Source: Magallana gigas
Taxonomy: Eukaryota
Assembly: GCF_963853765.1 (NCBI RefSeq)
Contig: NC_088854.1
Location: 44,702,001-44,766,000 of the forward strand
Direction of reading: 5' to 3'
Length of the DNA stretch: 64,000 bases
Part shown: one piece after another, positions 46,473-58,425 of the stretch
Layout of the letters: each line of letters opens with the position of its first letter
Position numbering within the stretch: position 1 is the first letter of the stretch
Position numbers and translations under genes: made by a program
Notes under the pieces: model-generated
What the model was told of the DNA's origin: nothing
Databases searched by the model: none
What the model saw: only the letters and a program-made list of their open reading frames with translations

Positions 46473-46640
46473 CAAAGATGTGGATATAACAAAGCAGCGC
46501 CTTGAAAACTCCAGCTTTAGTTTCACTTTCGGCAGACGGGTACAATGTAGGTCAACAGCTGTTATTTCCGGTTTCGGATTATTCGTTTGTACGGTATTAA
46601 AGGTCTCTTTTAAACGCCTCTTTATACAATTTAAAAAAAA
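46473..46640. promoter_or_regulatory. Probable CutA 5' exon and bidirectional promoter region shared with the cupin gene
   Basis: Minus-strand donor TTG|gtaag at 46473/46472; ETS-like ttccgg at 46566-46571; lies between the divergent CutA and cupin genes. Confidence 0.45.
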
Positions 46641-46777
46641 AACATTCCTCTTACAAATATGATCATTTTAAAAAAAAATAAGTACAAAACGTTATTCTAG
46701 ATGTATTTTATTTTGATATACCCGGTATATTGGAACATAGAACATTATTATATTTTGAACACAAATCCTCATGTAAA

Positions 46778-47109
46778 TGTGACGGTCAGACTGGTTCAAA
46801 TATCTGCACCAGATAGCTCAGTTTGCAGGCAGAGCACTAAATTGACACGAGATTCAGGGAGGGGTGGGTATGGGTCCAGGTATGGTCCGTACCAGCCCCT
46901 AAAACTAAGAGGGAAAGGGTGTTAATCACTGAGGGCGATGATGATATAATGGGAGATTAATTTGTGTGATAGTCAGACCAGTTCGAATACCCGCGCCAGA
47001 TAGCTCTGAGTTAATAGGCATGAGCATCTGACTATATATAGAGATTCAGGGAGCCTGGGTTTGAAATCCAGTCAGGCCCCCTCACCATTTGATCTCCCAT
47101 CTTGTTACA
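46778..47109 (+). repeat. Two tandem tRNA-derived repeat units
   Basis: Units start tgtga..gtcagac (46778, 46965) and contain ccagatagctc...gagca...gagattcaggg...gggtttgaaatcc (A/B-box-like); the second ends tgttaca. Confidence 0.6.
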
Positions 47110-47397
47110 TACTGCGCAAACTCTTTTTCTCCACTCCTAATGCAAACGCTGTCAAATTATAAGCTTAGAAGGAGCACTTGACTGCCTTGCAAAAGGTCTT
47201 GTTGTCAATTAAGTCCTAATACAGTCCAACTTAAACTTGAATTGAACATTTAAATAATTGTTATGCAAATAATTTTTGACATAATTAAAATACTTCTATC
47301 ATAATTCACATTGTAAATTTGTAATACACTTATGCAATAGTTTTATGACCAGTGAATTAAGTTAGTGATCATATGTCATTGTTCATTTTCTGCAGAA

Positions 47398-48837
47398 ATG
47401 TCTGCCGACGAGGAGATAGATCATTTGGTTCGCAGTCTTGAGCTGATTCCTCACCCAGAGGGCGGTTACTTTGGTGAACAGTACCGCACCGACCGACAAG
47501 TCACCTTCATACAGCCCAACAAGTTTGTTCATCTCAACTCTAAAAATGATACCTTAGCATTCAGTGTTATGACTTTAATAGCATGCAAGACTTGCCGTAC
47601 TGATAATACCTAAACTGCACATATAAATGTGTGCAATAATTCAATTTGACAAGGTGGTTCCGATTTCTCAATTATTGTCAATATCTCTAGGATCTAATTT
47701 TTATAATCTAAAAATAGAATTACTTGCAACTCAATTAGCATATGAATTATATCACAGGAGTCTCATTTTGTAAATTTAGGCCTCCAGGCCTACATTTGTG
47801 CTGAAAATTAAAATGGCCGAAATATTTACACAGTCACCCAGTTTAAATTACTCTATGCAGGAGTAATTCATAGGTTTGTGACATCTCATTATTTGATATT
47901 TTTTAATTTTTCTGCTCTTTTTACAGGTTTGATGGGCCAAGAGATGGTGGCAGCTGCATTTACTATCTTTTAAAGTCGGGCAAATATGTCTCCTTCCATC
48001 TTCCCCTGTTTGACGAGATCTTCCTCTGGCATGCAGGAGGACCAGCAAAGGTCTTCCATCAACTTTCTACAGTACTCTGAGTTGCATTTTAATTTCGGAT
48101 CAATTTTTTAAAAACTTTTTTTTTTAAATTACTTTTAGATATACACAATAGACAACGAAGGTAAATTAACCCAAAGTATTCTGGGAGATACATTGAAAAA
48201 TGGTGATTATCGTTACCAAGTAACGGTGCGACACGATACGTGGTATGCTGTGGAACCAATGGAACAAACTCAGTATGTTCTCTTTGGAGCTGTTGTCATT
48301 CCAGGTAAATATATACTTATATATATCCAACTGTTCCAAAACAATACCTAACTAGATATTTAGTAATATCCATAACTTTACATTAATATTTCATATTTTA
48401 TCGGTTCCAGAAAAGATATAGTGTAATCCGAGTGCATTACTGTAGATTCCAAATCATTCGTAAATGCAGGTTATTTTTAACTGCAAATACATGCATTTCA
48501 AATTAGCAAGACATTTTTTGCACAAAATTTAAAAGCTTGCATTCATTTATATATGGGAGCACTCCTACATTATTTTACATTTTCTCGTATATATGCACAT
48601 CTGCATTGCAATTTAATATCCCCTCAAACTACATTTAAAAGTAGGTGTTGCAATCAACAGCTTAAATTTGACAATCAGTATGAATTTCCTTTAAAAAATC
48701 TCATTTACATGCCAATATGTATAATTAAATGTGACACAGGCTGGGCATTACAAGACTGGACTCAGGGAAAGAGAGCTGACCTGTTGGAAAAGTTTCCACA
48801 GCACGGAGAACTCATAAAAAGGCTGTGTAAAGAATGA
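47398..48837 (+). CDS. Cupin-fold protein of the DUF985/Cupin_5 type, 170 aa, 4 coding exons
   Basis: Exons 47398-47522, 47927-48050, 48139-48304, 48740-48837 (513 nt, phase-consistent). LELIPHPEGGYF..QYR, SCIYYLL, SFHLPLFDEIFLWHAGGP, LG......YQV.V...TW, V.PG, LLEKFPQH..LI.RL match the family pattern. Confidence 0.88.
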
Positions 48838-50206
48838 GGCTCATTAACATACAACTCGAAGAGGTGCCAACAAAGATTTGTTCCTGTTCAGCTACAAAAA
48901 AGTGCCATTAAAGACTTGTCCAGACATTTATTTTTTTTAACATATATACAAACAATGGAAAGTCCTAATATTTTAGCACTATGAAGCAAACAATGTGTTA
49001 TAAATGTCCATACAAATAAATGCATAGATTTCAATACTGCAGTTCTATTTGTGATAATACATGTACATGTATAACACTTTTGCTAAGGCTCTTAAGTACA
49101 TTGCAAAACATTGCACCATAAAAAGAAACCAGACAACTATCGGTGCATTATAAACAATCATTAGTACATGTACAACATGTAACAAGTTTTAATTGTTTAA
49201 AGAAATAAAGGACAGAGTTAATTCAAGCATTCACCAATTTTGGAGTTGACATATCGATCCTGTTACACATGTTAGCATTTGCAAATCAATTACATGTAAT
49301 ACAATGAATATAAGTGAACCCATTTTAAAAATGTTATAATTTATAAATAATACTGCCTTTGTGACTTAAAACCCTGTGAACAAGATTACAATGGTAAAAG
49401 TAAATGTTGATTGTGTCTGCAATGACATATCTATAGGCAAGCACCCTGTATCAGAAGTGGGTATACATGAGATTCTATCGCCTACTAAAATACATGTACA
49501 TTATATGTACTAAATAAATTCTCTTCCCAACAAAAACATGGCTAATAATATACAATATAGTATATGTACCACAAACTAAGGCATGAGGTCCTGCTGAAGT
49601 TAACAGCTAAAAAATAAAAGATTATCAATAAGACAAGAAAAATACTAAAAAGGCCACAATGCATGTCCGTATTTTATGACATGCGTAAAAGGCATAAAAA
49701 AACAAACAGTAAGGCTGATAAATGAATAATCTATATAAGGCAGATAATTGAATGTCAGGCCATTTGTTTTATATCACAGCATTTGTAAATTGAGGAACAT
49801 ACAACAAAAACAAGACCATGTTACAGATCATAAGCTATAACTGCATTCAGGTGTTTACATCACAGTCACCACATGCTCTTTCTAACAAAGCATAACTTAA
49901 CTGCATACCAGTATTTGTAGCAGTAATACACATACATGCAAGAATGCACATGTAAAGGCGTTATTTCATGGTTTCCATATATATCAAAATAAGTAAATAT
50001 ATATTGCAAGGCTTCTGTAATTAGTTGTAATGTGCGTAAAAGGTCACTTTCTCAAAATTATTAATTCAAAAATAAGTGGCAGGGGTCAATTGTAAATAAA
50101 AAATAATTGAGGTTTCAAAGACATGAATCCATGTGATGCATGATGATAGAAAAATTATAAGCTGCCTATGACTACGAACTAAAAGTTTTGACCCAAAGTC
50201 CCATTT

Positions 50207-53200
50207 TCAACATATGGACTTTTTCTTTACAGTTGTTTCCCCTTTCTTCTTTCCAGTCCCTTTTTTCTTCCCTTTCTTTCCTTTCTTTTTCTTGGCGACT
50301 GATCCTAGCTCTGCCAGTCTAGCTTTCCTTTCTTCTGCCAGTTCCTGTCTGCGAATTATTTCATTTGCCCTATCTGCAAAGGTAATTATACTCAATATAA
50401 TCAATTTCTCTCTCTCAAACATTTCCTATCGGCATGTTGGTATGTGAAAGGTAAATCCACAGCAATAGGTGAAAAGTTCTGAAGAAATTTTGTGCCTAAT
50501 CATTCCCCACTGAATTACTATTAGATGTAATCGATTAAATTACGCTTACAAGTAATCAAAAATCTCTTTGATTACAGATTACTGTCAATTACTTGAAAAA
50601 GAGTAATCATTACAACCGATTATGATTACTAAATTACGATTACCCCATGCCTGATTACTAATGAATAACATGTACTTCATTTCGGACATACTTAAGTTTT
50701 TCTCAGCTAACTTAAACTGTTTGTATTCCACTGGAAGCCAGACCTTAGGATGACTTAGCAAACTGAAATATCAGAATCATTAGAAAGTTAATATAAGTTT
50801 TCAATGCATAGACAAGACAATCGATTTTAATAGGCAAACACTTTTAAAATGCTGTTGCCAGTCACACATACCTTGCTGAGGTAGATCTAGGTAACTTGTT
50901 CTCGATGTCATAATACAAAGTTTTTCCAGATGGTGGATAAAGAGCTCTAAAAACAAATAACAGTACATGATTATTAAGTTTTCTTGTAAAAGTAAAAGAC
51001 AGTCTGAAGGTTAATGTCCATGAAAATATATAAATATAAATCATGCATTTTTGTCTCAATTATCAAGACTGACCTCTCTAGTGTTTCTGGTCTAATGTAC
51101 ACATTGTCAGAAGCGAGTCGTTCATGAATAAGATGAGCCTCAATTTCATTCTCGGTGACCACATCCTAAAAGGCATAGACAGATTATGACATTCAATACG
51201 GCAAACTAACACTCACCACCAAATTTACAAATGTATAAAAATTTGAAAAATATGTATGGGAGGTCAATTTAATTTATGAAATATCAAAACTTGGAACTTA
51301 CATCATCTGGAATTTTGGAGTGGATGTAGAGAGGCTTGGTGTATCTCACTTTGGGCTCTGATGACACCCTTCTGATGGGAGCAGAGCGCACTCGACTCCG
51401 GGAGTAGGAGGCATAATGTCCTGTACATTAAGGAGACGATTAAACTAACTTAAATTTTGTACTATATACATGTACTTTAACAAATGTTAGAGCTATGATC
51501 TAAGAGCTGACCACTAAAAACAACATCAAGGTGTATAAAAGGTCAGTTTAATTAAATTGAACCTCAGAGGGTCTGTCAAAAGTATTAACAGCTAGAATTT
51601 TGTCAATCAGGCAAATTACCGGTAACACCTTTATTTAATAAATAAACCTCTAAGATATAACCCAGTGGTTTAATTGTAAACTTACTTGTGTTGTCTGATA
51701 GCTTAGCATTGACCTGGGTTTCCGCCATTTTCAGCACCATTCGGTTGACCTTATTTTCTTTTGAACTAATTAGGAAAAACACAACAGTTTTCATTAATTA
51801 AACAAAGCTTTAAAAATATTATTACAACAATGACATTAGAACCATCTTCTGGTACTTCATTTAATTAAATATGACACATAATTCACATTAACCAACAATG
51901 TTTATATTACCTCTCTGTCTTCTCTGAATGTTGACATTTCCCACTAACAAGTGTTTCTACGTCCTCATAGTTTTTCTTTGTCTAAAATTAAAATTAATAC
52001 ATGTACGGGTATATAAATGCTAATAATAGAGAACTAAACATAAATACATGTATTTTAAAATTAATTTTCTGTTGTACATGTGTAACTCTATCGTTTACCT
52101 TTCTGCTGACTGTCTTTGGTTTGCCGGCTGATGATGGAGTGTTTGTTTCAATCACCTTTTCTGCCTCACTAGGTGTATTATCTGTGACCTCTGAGACATC
52201 AACATTCGTCTCCTCCTCAGTCAAAGCCACTTCTGGTTCCTCAAGTTTTAAGTGCTCATTCTCAGGGACCAGTGGTTTGGATGACAGAGAAGCCAAGTTA
52301 TTTCTGCGTAGATGTTTGTTTATGAGGTTTTCTATCTCTTTTTCCTTTTCACTTAAAACAGGTTTCGTATCAATGGAGATATTTTGATTCTCCTGAGCTC
52401 CTTCATTTCTTTTGTTTTCCTCTTTTTCCAAGAACTCTAGAGCCTTTCTTTGACTTGGTGCAGAAAGGGGTCTTCGCAGCATCTGAAATAAAGAAAATCT
52501 AATGGAATTTACTGTGTCATTGTCAACACTAATTTTACACTAATGTCATGACTACGTTAGACATAACCTACCCTCTTTGCACCAGTTTTTTCTGCGTGTG
52601 CTGTCACATGTGCACCTTTTGTGAAAGAATGCTCCATGTCAGTATTGGATTTGGTTTTCTGAATCTGAAAATTAATACAATTTAATTTTAGCAGATATTT
52701 GTACCTGTGAAAAGTAATCTTTATATAATATTTTACGGTAAATTCTTGAAAAATAATATTCATTATTTTATATTGATGACTATAACCATGTAAACCAATT
52801 AATAACTAACATTCTACCAAAATATACTCTCCTTCATACATGTATATCTTGTAAGGAAACATAAAAGAAAAGGGGGCAGGCCATATTACTCATTTAACAC
52901 TTCAATCTTTATACTGAGGAAAAACTTAACAAACCATTGCACTTCTTGGTCTGTTCGCTGGCCTGTCCTTGGGGGTCAGATGAGGGGGGTGCTCACTGGA
53001 CAGCCTGGCCCTAAGTCTGCCTCCTTCCTCTAGACCAACGAATCTCTCTTTGTCTCGACTCTTCAACAGAGCACTGTTATCAATCACACTCTTAATGGAA
53101 GTCTCTTTGGGCTTGCATTCATCAAACTCGATGGTCTTGGTTGTCTTGTACACATGAGAAGATGATGGAGGAGAGACTTCGCGGACATGACTCTGTACTG

Positions 53201-56027
53201 AGGCTGACTTCCGTGATAATTCGTAGTAGTTCTTCGGGGGATCTGATACACACTTTGTTGGCATCCAAGACTCGAGTTTGTCAGGCGTGATTTTGTCTCC
53301 ACTTCCATCTTCCAGTTTTCTATCTTCTTCATCTTCACTTTCTGATTGTACTGTCTGCACCATTGTGATCACATCTTTTTCTGAATGCTTTTTTTTGGAC
53401 TTTGATTTAGACGTTTTCTTTGCATCTTCCATATCACTATAAGCAACAGTAACCATGGCAACTGGCGTGGACGGCTTGTTTGCAGATTTGGGTCTTTCCT
53501 GGGTCAGTCTTTTTTCACATTTAGTGTCATGAACTTCGGTTCTATTCTTCAAAACAGAACTCAAAGGTCTTAGCTTTTTTGTGTAGCTCTGTTGACTAGA
53601 TTTAACTTCTGCAGTGTGTTTGTTACCATGATTACTCTCAGCTAGTTGACTCTTGGTTGGACCTGTACTTCTGACTGATAAAAATGACTGAAGTTCATCA
53701 TCCTTTGGTGAAATATGCTTTTTCTTTGTATGAAAATCCAAATCTGCTACTTTGTAGCCTAAGTTTCTTGGAGTTATATCAATTGTCACATTCTTATCTT
53801 CTCTAAACTTAACTGAGGTTTTTTCTGTTGGAACAACAAAGGGTAAACTTTCCTCATGATGAAGATCTGCCAACTCCTCATCCCAATCATCTTCTAAATC
53901 ATCATTTTCATCATCATCAACCAAATCAAACTTAACTGAGACAGTATTTTGCTCTTCAGGAATTGTAACAGCTGTGATATCATCCTCTTGATTGCTGGCC
54001 TGTAGAGGACCACTTGATGGATAGTGAGTGGTACTGTGTGTATAGTTAAATCCAGCAGGTGATGGTGCATGCATTTCTGCCTTGGACAGAAGTCTGCAAT
54101 TTTTAAAGAAAGCCTTTCATAAATCAAAATGAAATATCAATTATATATTTCTACCCTCTACACTCTTATCTACAAGGAATGAACTGTAATCATATATTTT
54201 TCTTTATTTTTCAAACTTCTGTTCATATATATATTTTTTTTTTCAAACTTTTGTTTTGTACAGTACAGGATACATAAATTTGTTTACCTTTCTGTGTCTA
54301 GATCGCTGTCTTCCTCATCATAATCATCTTCCATCCTGGGAAGTGAAAAATGAATCAACTCGGGGGAGGGGGGTTTGGGCGGCTCTGGGGTCTTGAGCTC
54401 ATTTCTGTCTTGATCACCCAGCACTGAGTCTCCATGATCAAATCTATCAACAGGAAAACATCAAATATGGAATAACTACCCATATAATCCATAGAAAGTA
54501 AATGTCAAAAATCATTAAATTATTCGACTTTGAAGAATATATTCAGCCAGTGAATAAGGAGAACATACTCTGAGGGAATAGGAGTGCCTGCAGGTACTAG
54601 TGGGGTAGAACTCCAAGAGGTTGTTTTGTCATTGGGTATATCTAAGATAAATTTTTAAAACATGCTTATAATGGCATAAAATTCAATGATGACACTTGAA
54701 TGCATAAATGTACCAAAACAAGAAAGTCATTACAACTCAAATCATAAATAACAAGAGATTCATTACAACTTAAATCATAAATACCTACCTGTTTGAAAAT
54801 CATCAGCAAATTTAAGACCAGCTGGTGGTCCCACCCACCCAGTGGAGGTGTGGGGGACAAACTTTGGGGGCCTCCCTGTGGGGTCCACTCGAGCTCCCTT
54901 TACTGCAATATTGAAATCCTATACTCTTACTAAATATTCATATTTATCAGCATTTCATGCAAACCAATGACAATAATTCAATAGTGAAAAGATACAAGAG
55001 AAAGAACCAGGAATGGCCAGCTAACTGTCTCACACACTGATAAATTCTTAAAGCTTAATCCTTATTATGAACGTAGGGAAACTGCCAAATATATCATTGG
55101 GCATAAGATAAAATGGTCATTACCAAAAAAAATATTTTTTTAATATAATTCTATGTTAATTAACTGATAAATGTACATGATAATTGGATCAAAACACCAA
55201 TAAAACAACATAAATTATACCTGATCTTCCCTATTTACAGTAAACAACTGAACATGAGAAGAATTTCATACATTACTTGTACCTTATATTTCATGACTAC
55301 ATAAATTCTAAACTCAAGACCCAAAATAAATAATGATGATGTAAATGATATACATGTATACCTCCAATACTGGGAGCTTTTGGCGGGAGCTGTGACCCTT
55401 GGCGACTTCCTGATTCTTTAGCGCTCTGTGGTCGAAGTTTTTTTCCACTTGAGGGACGAGTTCGGCGAGACGATAGTCTCTCATTTGTCTGAGATCTAGC
55501 ACTATGTTGAGCCAGAAGGTCAGGAATGGATGCATTACTCCCCCTGAATTTTCAAACAGTCCATTAATAAAAAATTACCCCAAAGAAACAACAAATACAA
55601 GGAATTTTTTTTTTATCATAACTATTTTACTGCTGAAAACACTCAAGACATGCATTATCTAACATAAAATTTTAAGATATTAAAAAATTTCAATGTATTT
55701 GAATTTTAGCCTGAAACTTTGAAATATAGTTCATCAATAACTGACTTAAAAACTATTAAAAACAGACTGGAAAAATTGTGCTTCAAATTACCATGCAATA
55801 GCATTTTGCTGGAGTGATAGTGGTGGTGCATTTGGATCAACAGCTAAATCTGTAAAACTCTGGCTCCTCTGTCCTCGCGAGGATAAATTGGTAGCTTTAA
55901 GCTCCTTCGGATCATGAATTCCAACATTGTAAATAGAGGTCTTGATTTTGTCCAAATGCTGCAAGGAACTGTGAGTTGAACTCAACCAATTCTGAAAGCA
56001 TAAATTTGATCTTAATGTACATATCAT
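50207..56027 (-). CDS. Uncharacterised, largely disordered protein of at least ~1020 aa with an ordered-looking C-terminal block and Lys-rich tail; 15 or more exons
   Basis: Exons 56027-55792, 55543-55362, 54902-54789, 54641-54569, 54443-54288, 54093-52935, 52664-52572, 52482-52099, 51981-51911, 51765-51686, 51420-51302, 51165-51074, 50946-50872, 50762-50692, 50373-50207 join in phase with GT-AG sites (3072 nt). The true 5' end is uncertain. Confidence 0.75.
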
Positions 56028-56788
56028 TGTCTGAACCCTAGAAAATAGATCTCATAGTATCAGTAAACCATTATTTTTATAACGACAGAATAAATGCTGC
56101 ACAACTGTTAAGAAAAGCAGTGTACACATGGATGATGCATGTTCTATATTCTGTTAAAGATTACAGTGTATACGCAATTCACAGGATAAAATTCATTCCT
56201 TGATATCATTCTTGTATCTCAGTATGTTTCTTGACATCATTTGGAATTCTTAATTTATCACTATACTTTCTTTTATCTTTTATTCATATTTTTTTGCAAA
56301 TTGATATGCTGAATATTGTGCACTTACACAAAACAATCAAAACTATGTACAATATTTCACCTAAGCAACAGAATATCTTAAAAACTTTATTGTTCAATTT
56401 AACTTCCATGTCAATAAGATCTCTTGTATTTATCCTTTAAAATCCTATAAAATACCTTATGAAGACAATCTTTCTCCGGCATCATCAACTTGTATATTTA
56501 ATAGCATCATAACTACTAAGCCAACAAAACTCCACAACAAAATGCAATATGTTACTCTTTGATTCAGACAGTTACAAGTTAAGTCAATATATGCATCATT
56601 CAACTGAAATTGCCCATAGTTCACTGCAATACTACAAGTATATACTACAAATGTATACAGTAATGTATCATGTTTTGCAAACCATGTGCATGTATTTAAT
56701 GCGTCAATTATGCTAGCAAGGGTAAAGTTCAAATTTATCAGAACTGACTGTCATGCATTTACTTTAGAGAATTATGTTTTATCATTAA

Positions 56789-57235
56789 GGTCAGATGACA
56801 CGTTCATCTATTTTACATAACTTTTTCCAGGAATTTGTTGCTGGTTTACTACTATTTTGACAAGCTCTCTTGCAAAAAATTAGGGTACCTTACCAGGCAT
56901 TTCTGCAAAATACTAGAGTATGCAATTTCCTATATAATCTTCTGAAAAATACACTTGAATTGCTGATATAAAATAAATACACATGCAGCACAGCAAAATT
57001 CACTATATTGGAACTCTATCTCGGCCGGGGCGGGGCTTTGAACTCACGACCTCTATAACCTATACGCTTCTGGCAGTGAGCGGCCACAGTTCTAACCACT
57101 CGGCCATCTAGTCACATAACAACATCCAATTAAATTTAATCATTTTTAAAATAATTATAAAATTAATATTTTTTATTGGAACTTTTTATTACGAGGAGAT
57201 ACAAAAAAGATTCTCGAGGTACGTGTCGTCTGACC
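56789..57235. mobile_element. TTAA-flanked TIR element (447 bp) containing a tRNA-Ser-like head
   Basis: TTAA(56785-56788)|GGTCAGATGACACGT ... ACGTGTCGTCTGACC|TTAA(57236-57239). The minus strand of 57021-57113 reads GACTAGATGGCCGAGTGGTTAGA...GAGTTCAAAGCC. Confidence 0.82.
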
Positions 57236-57354
57236 TTAAGGGGAAAATATACATTAACATCATTTTATCTAACCAAAAAAACCCCAAAACAACCATGCAA
57301 TGAGAACCAATTTACTAAAACATGAAATAATCATAAATCACATTTATACATGTA

Positions 57355-57789
57355 AGACTCCAAGTCCGATTGTCACCTCAAAGTCTGATGGTTAAACCAT
57401 AGTCAGATGGTCATGCCAAAGGCTGATGGTCTGCACCAAAATCTGATGGTATGTTGCCAATATGGATGCTAAAGTCCAATGGTGAGGGAATAACAACTTC
57501 TGTGATGTCATATCATGATGACATCATAGTGTACGTCTTACATGTATTCAAAATCAACAAAATGGCAATGGTACTTCATTCTAATAGGCCTAGTATAGTT
57601 TTTTGTGATGCATACATGCATACCATATGCATAACGCAAACAATTTTTGTGCCTAATGAGTTTAATTAAACCTATCAGACTTTGGCGTGTCACACCATCG
57701 AACTCTGGTGACAGCACCCAACCATCCGACTTTAGCGTGTCACATCATCGGGGTTTGGAGTGACCATGGACTTTAGAGTCCCATCACTA
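57355..57789. mobile_element. Degenerate DNA-transposon derivative with inverted subterminal ~20-bp repeats (hAT-like right end)
   Basis: The left part repeats aaagtctgatggt variants, the right part repeats accatc.gacttt variants, and it ends cccatcacta. Confidence 0.5.
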
Positions 57790-58320
57790 GATATGTATAA
57801 GCCCTTTCAGATCTAATTCCTTAGGATTCAAATCTGTAAACATCATAAAGCAAGAAGCAATAAATATTGTATTTTTCAAAAGTCAATTCTGGCTTAACGT
57901 TATATCAATAAATATACCAACAAGCAGAATTATATTCTCCCTGAAGTTTTAAGATATGTATAGCATATTTACATATGATAATTGATATTGGTATTTGTAG
58001 CATGATAGAAACTCCTAGCGGTTTCTACTTCAGTTCAAATGCATTTATTGATGTTTATCTATGTCTATAAAAACCACAACACATAAACTAAATGATAAAT
58101 CACCTCTTTTTCAATATCTTTCATAATTAAAATTCTAATTAAGTGACCCCTGAAAACAGATAAATTGTAGAAAGTGAACAAATTAGTTAACTATTTTAAA
58201 TTAACAATGTATTACCGGTGTTGATATGATGTCAATATTATTATAACCATATTTAAATTTACTCTCTCACAAGCAAATTATCAAAATGTGTTTTAAAGTA
58301 ATTATTTTCACAAAACAAAC

Positions 58321-58425
58321 CTTTGAAGCAATAGCTCTTATTTCGTTGCATTGATTTTCAAGCTCTTCGTCAAGCAAAAGAGGCTCTGGAAACTCCATCC
58401 TTCTATTATCATGTTGGAACACCTT
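58321..58425 (-). CDS. Possible upstream exon of the uncharacterised minus-strand gene
   Basis: ttgtag|KVFQHDNRRMEFPEPLLLDEELENQCNEIRAIASK|gtttgt, phase 0; could splice to the tttcag acceptor giving an exon start at 55991 (NWLSST...). Confidence 0.4.

Noticed and set aside
9256-48837. Horizontally acquired bacterial operon (pncA, ligase, cutA, cupin)
   Set aside because: The genes alternate strands, most have several spliceosomal introns, and they are separated by host repeats; these families have known animal or other eukaryotic members.
50421-50478. Extra exon NFSPIAVDLPFTYQHADRK in the minus-strand gene
   Set aside because: It has AG/GT ends but its 58 nt needs a phase-0 entry, while the preceding exon ends in phase 1; direct splicing 50692>50373 keeps the frame.
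57021-57113. Functional tRNA gene (also ~15781-15847 and 46778-47109)
   Set aside because: A/B-box-like motifs are present, but I could not fold a proper acceptor stem and anticodon arm, and all lie within repeats.
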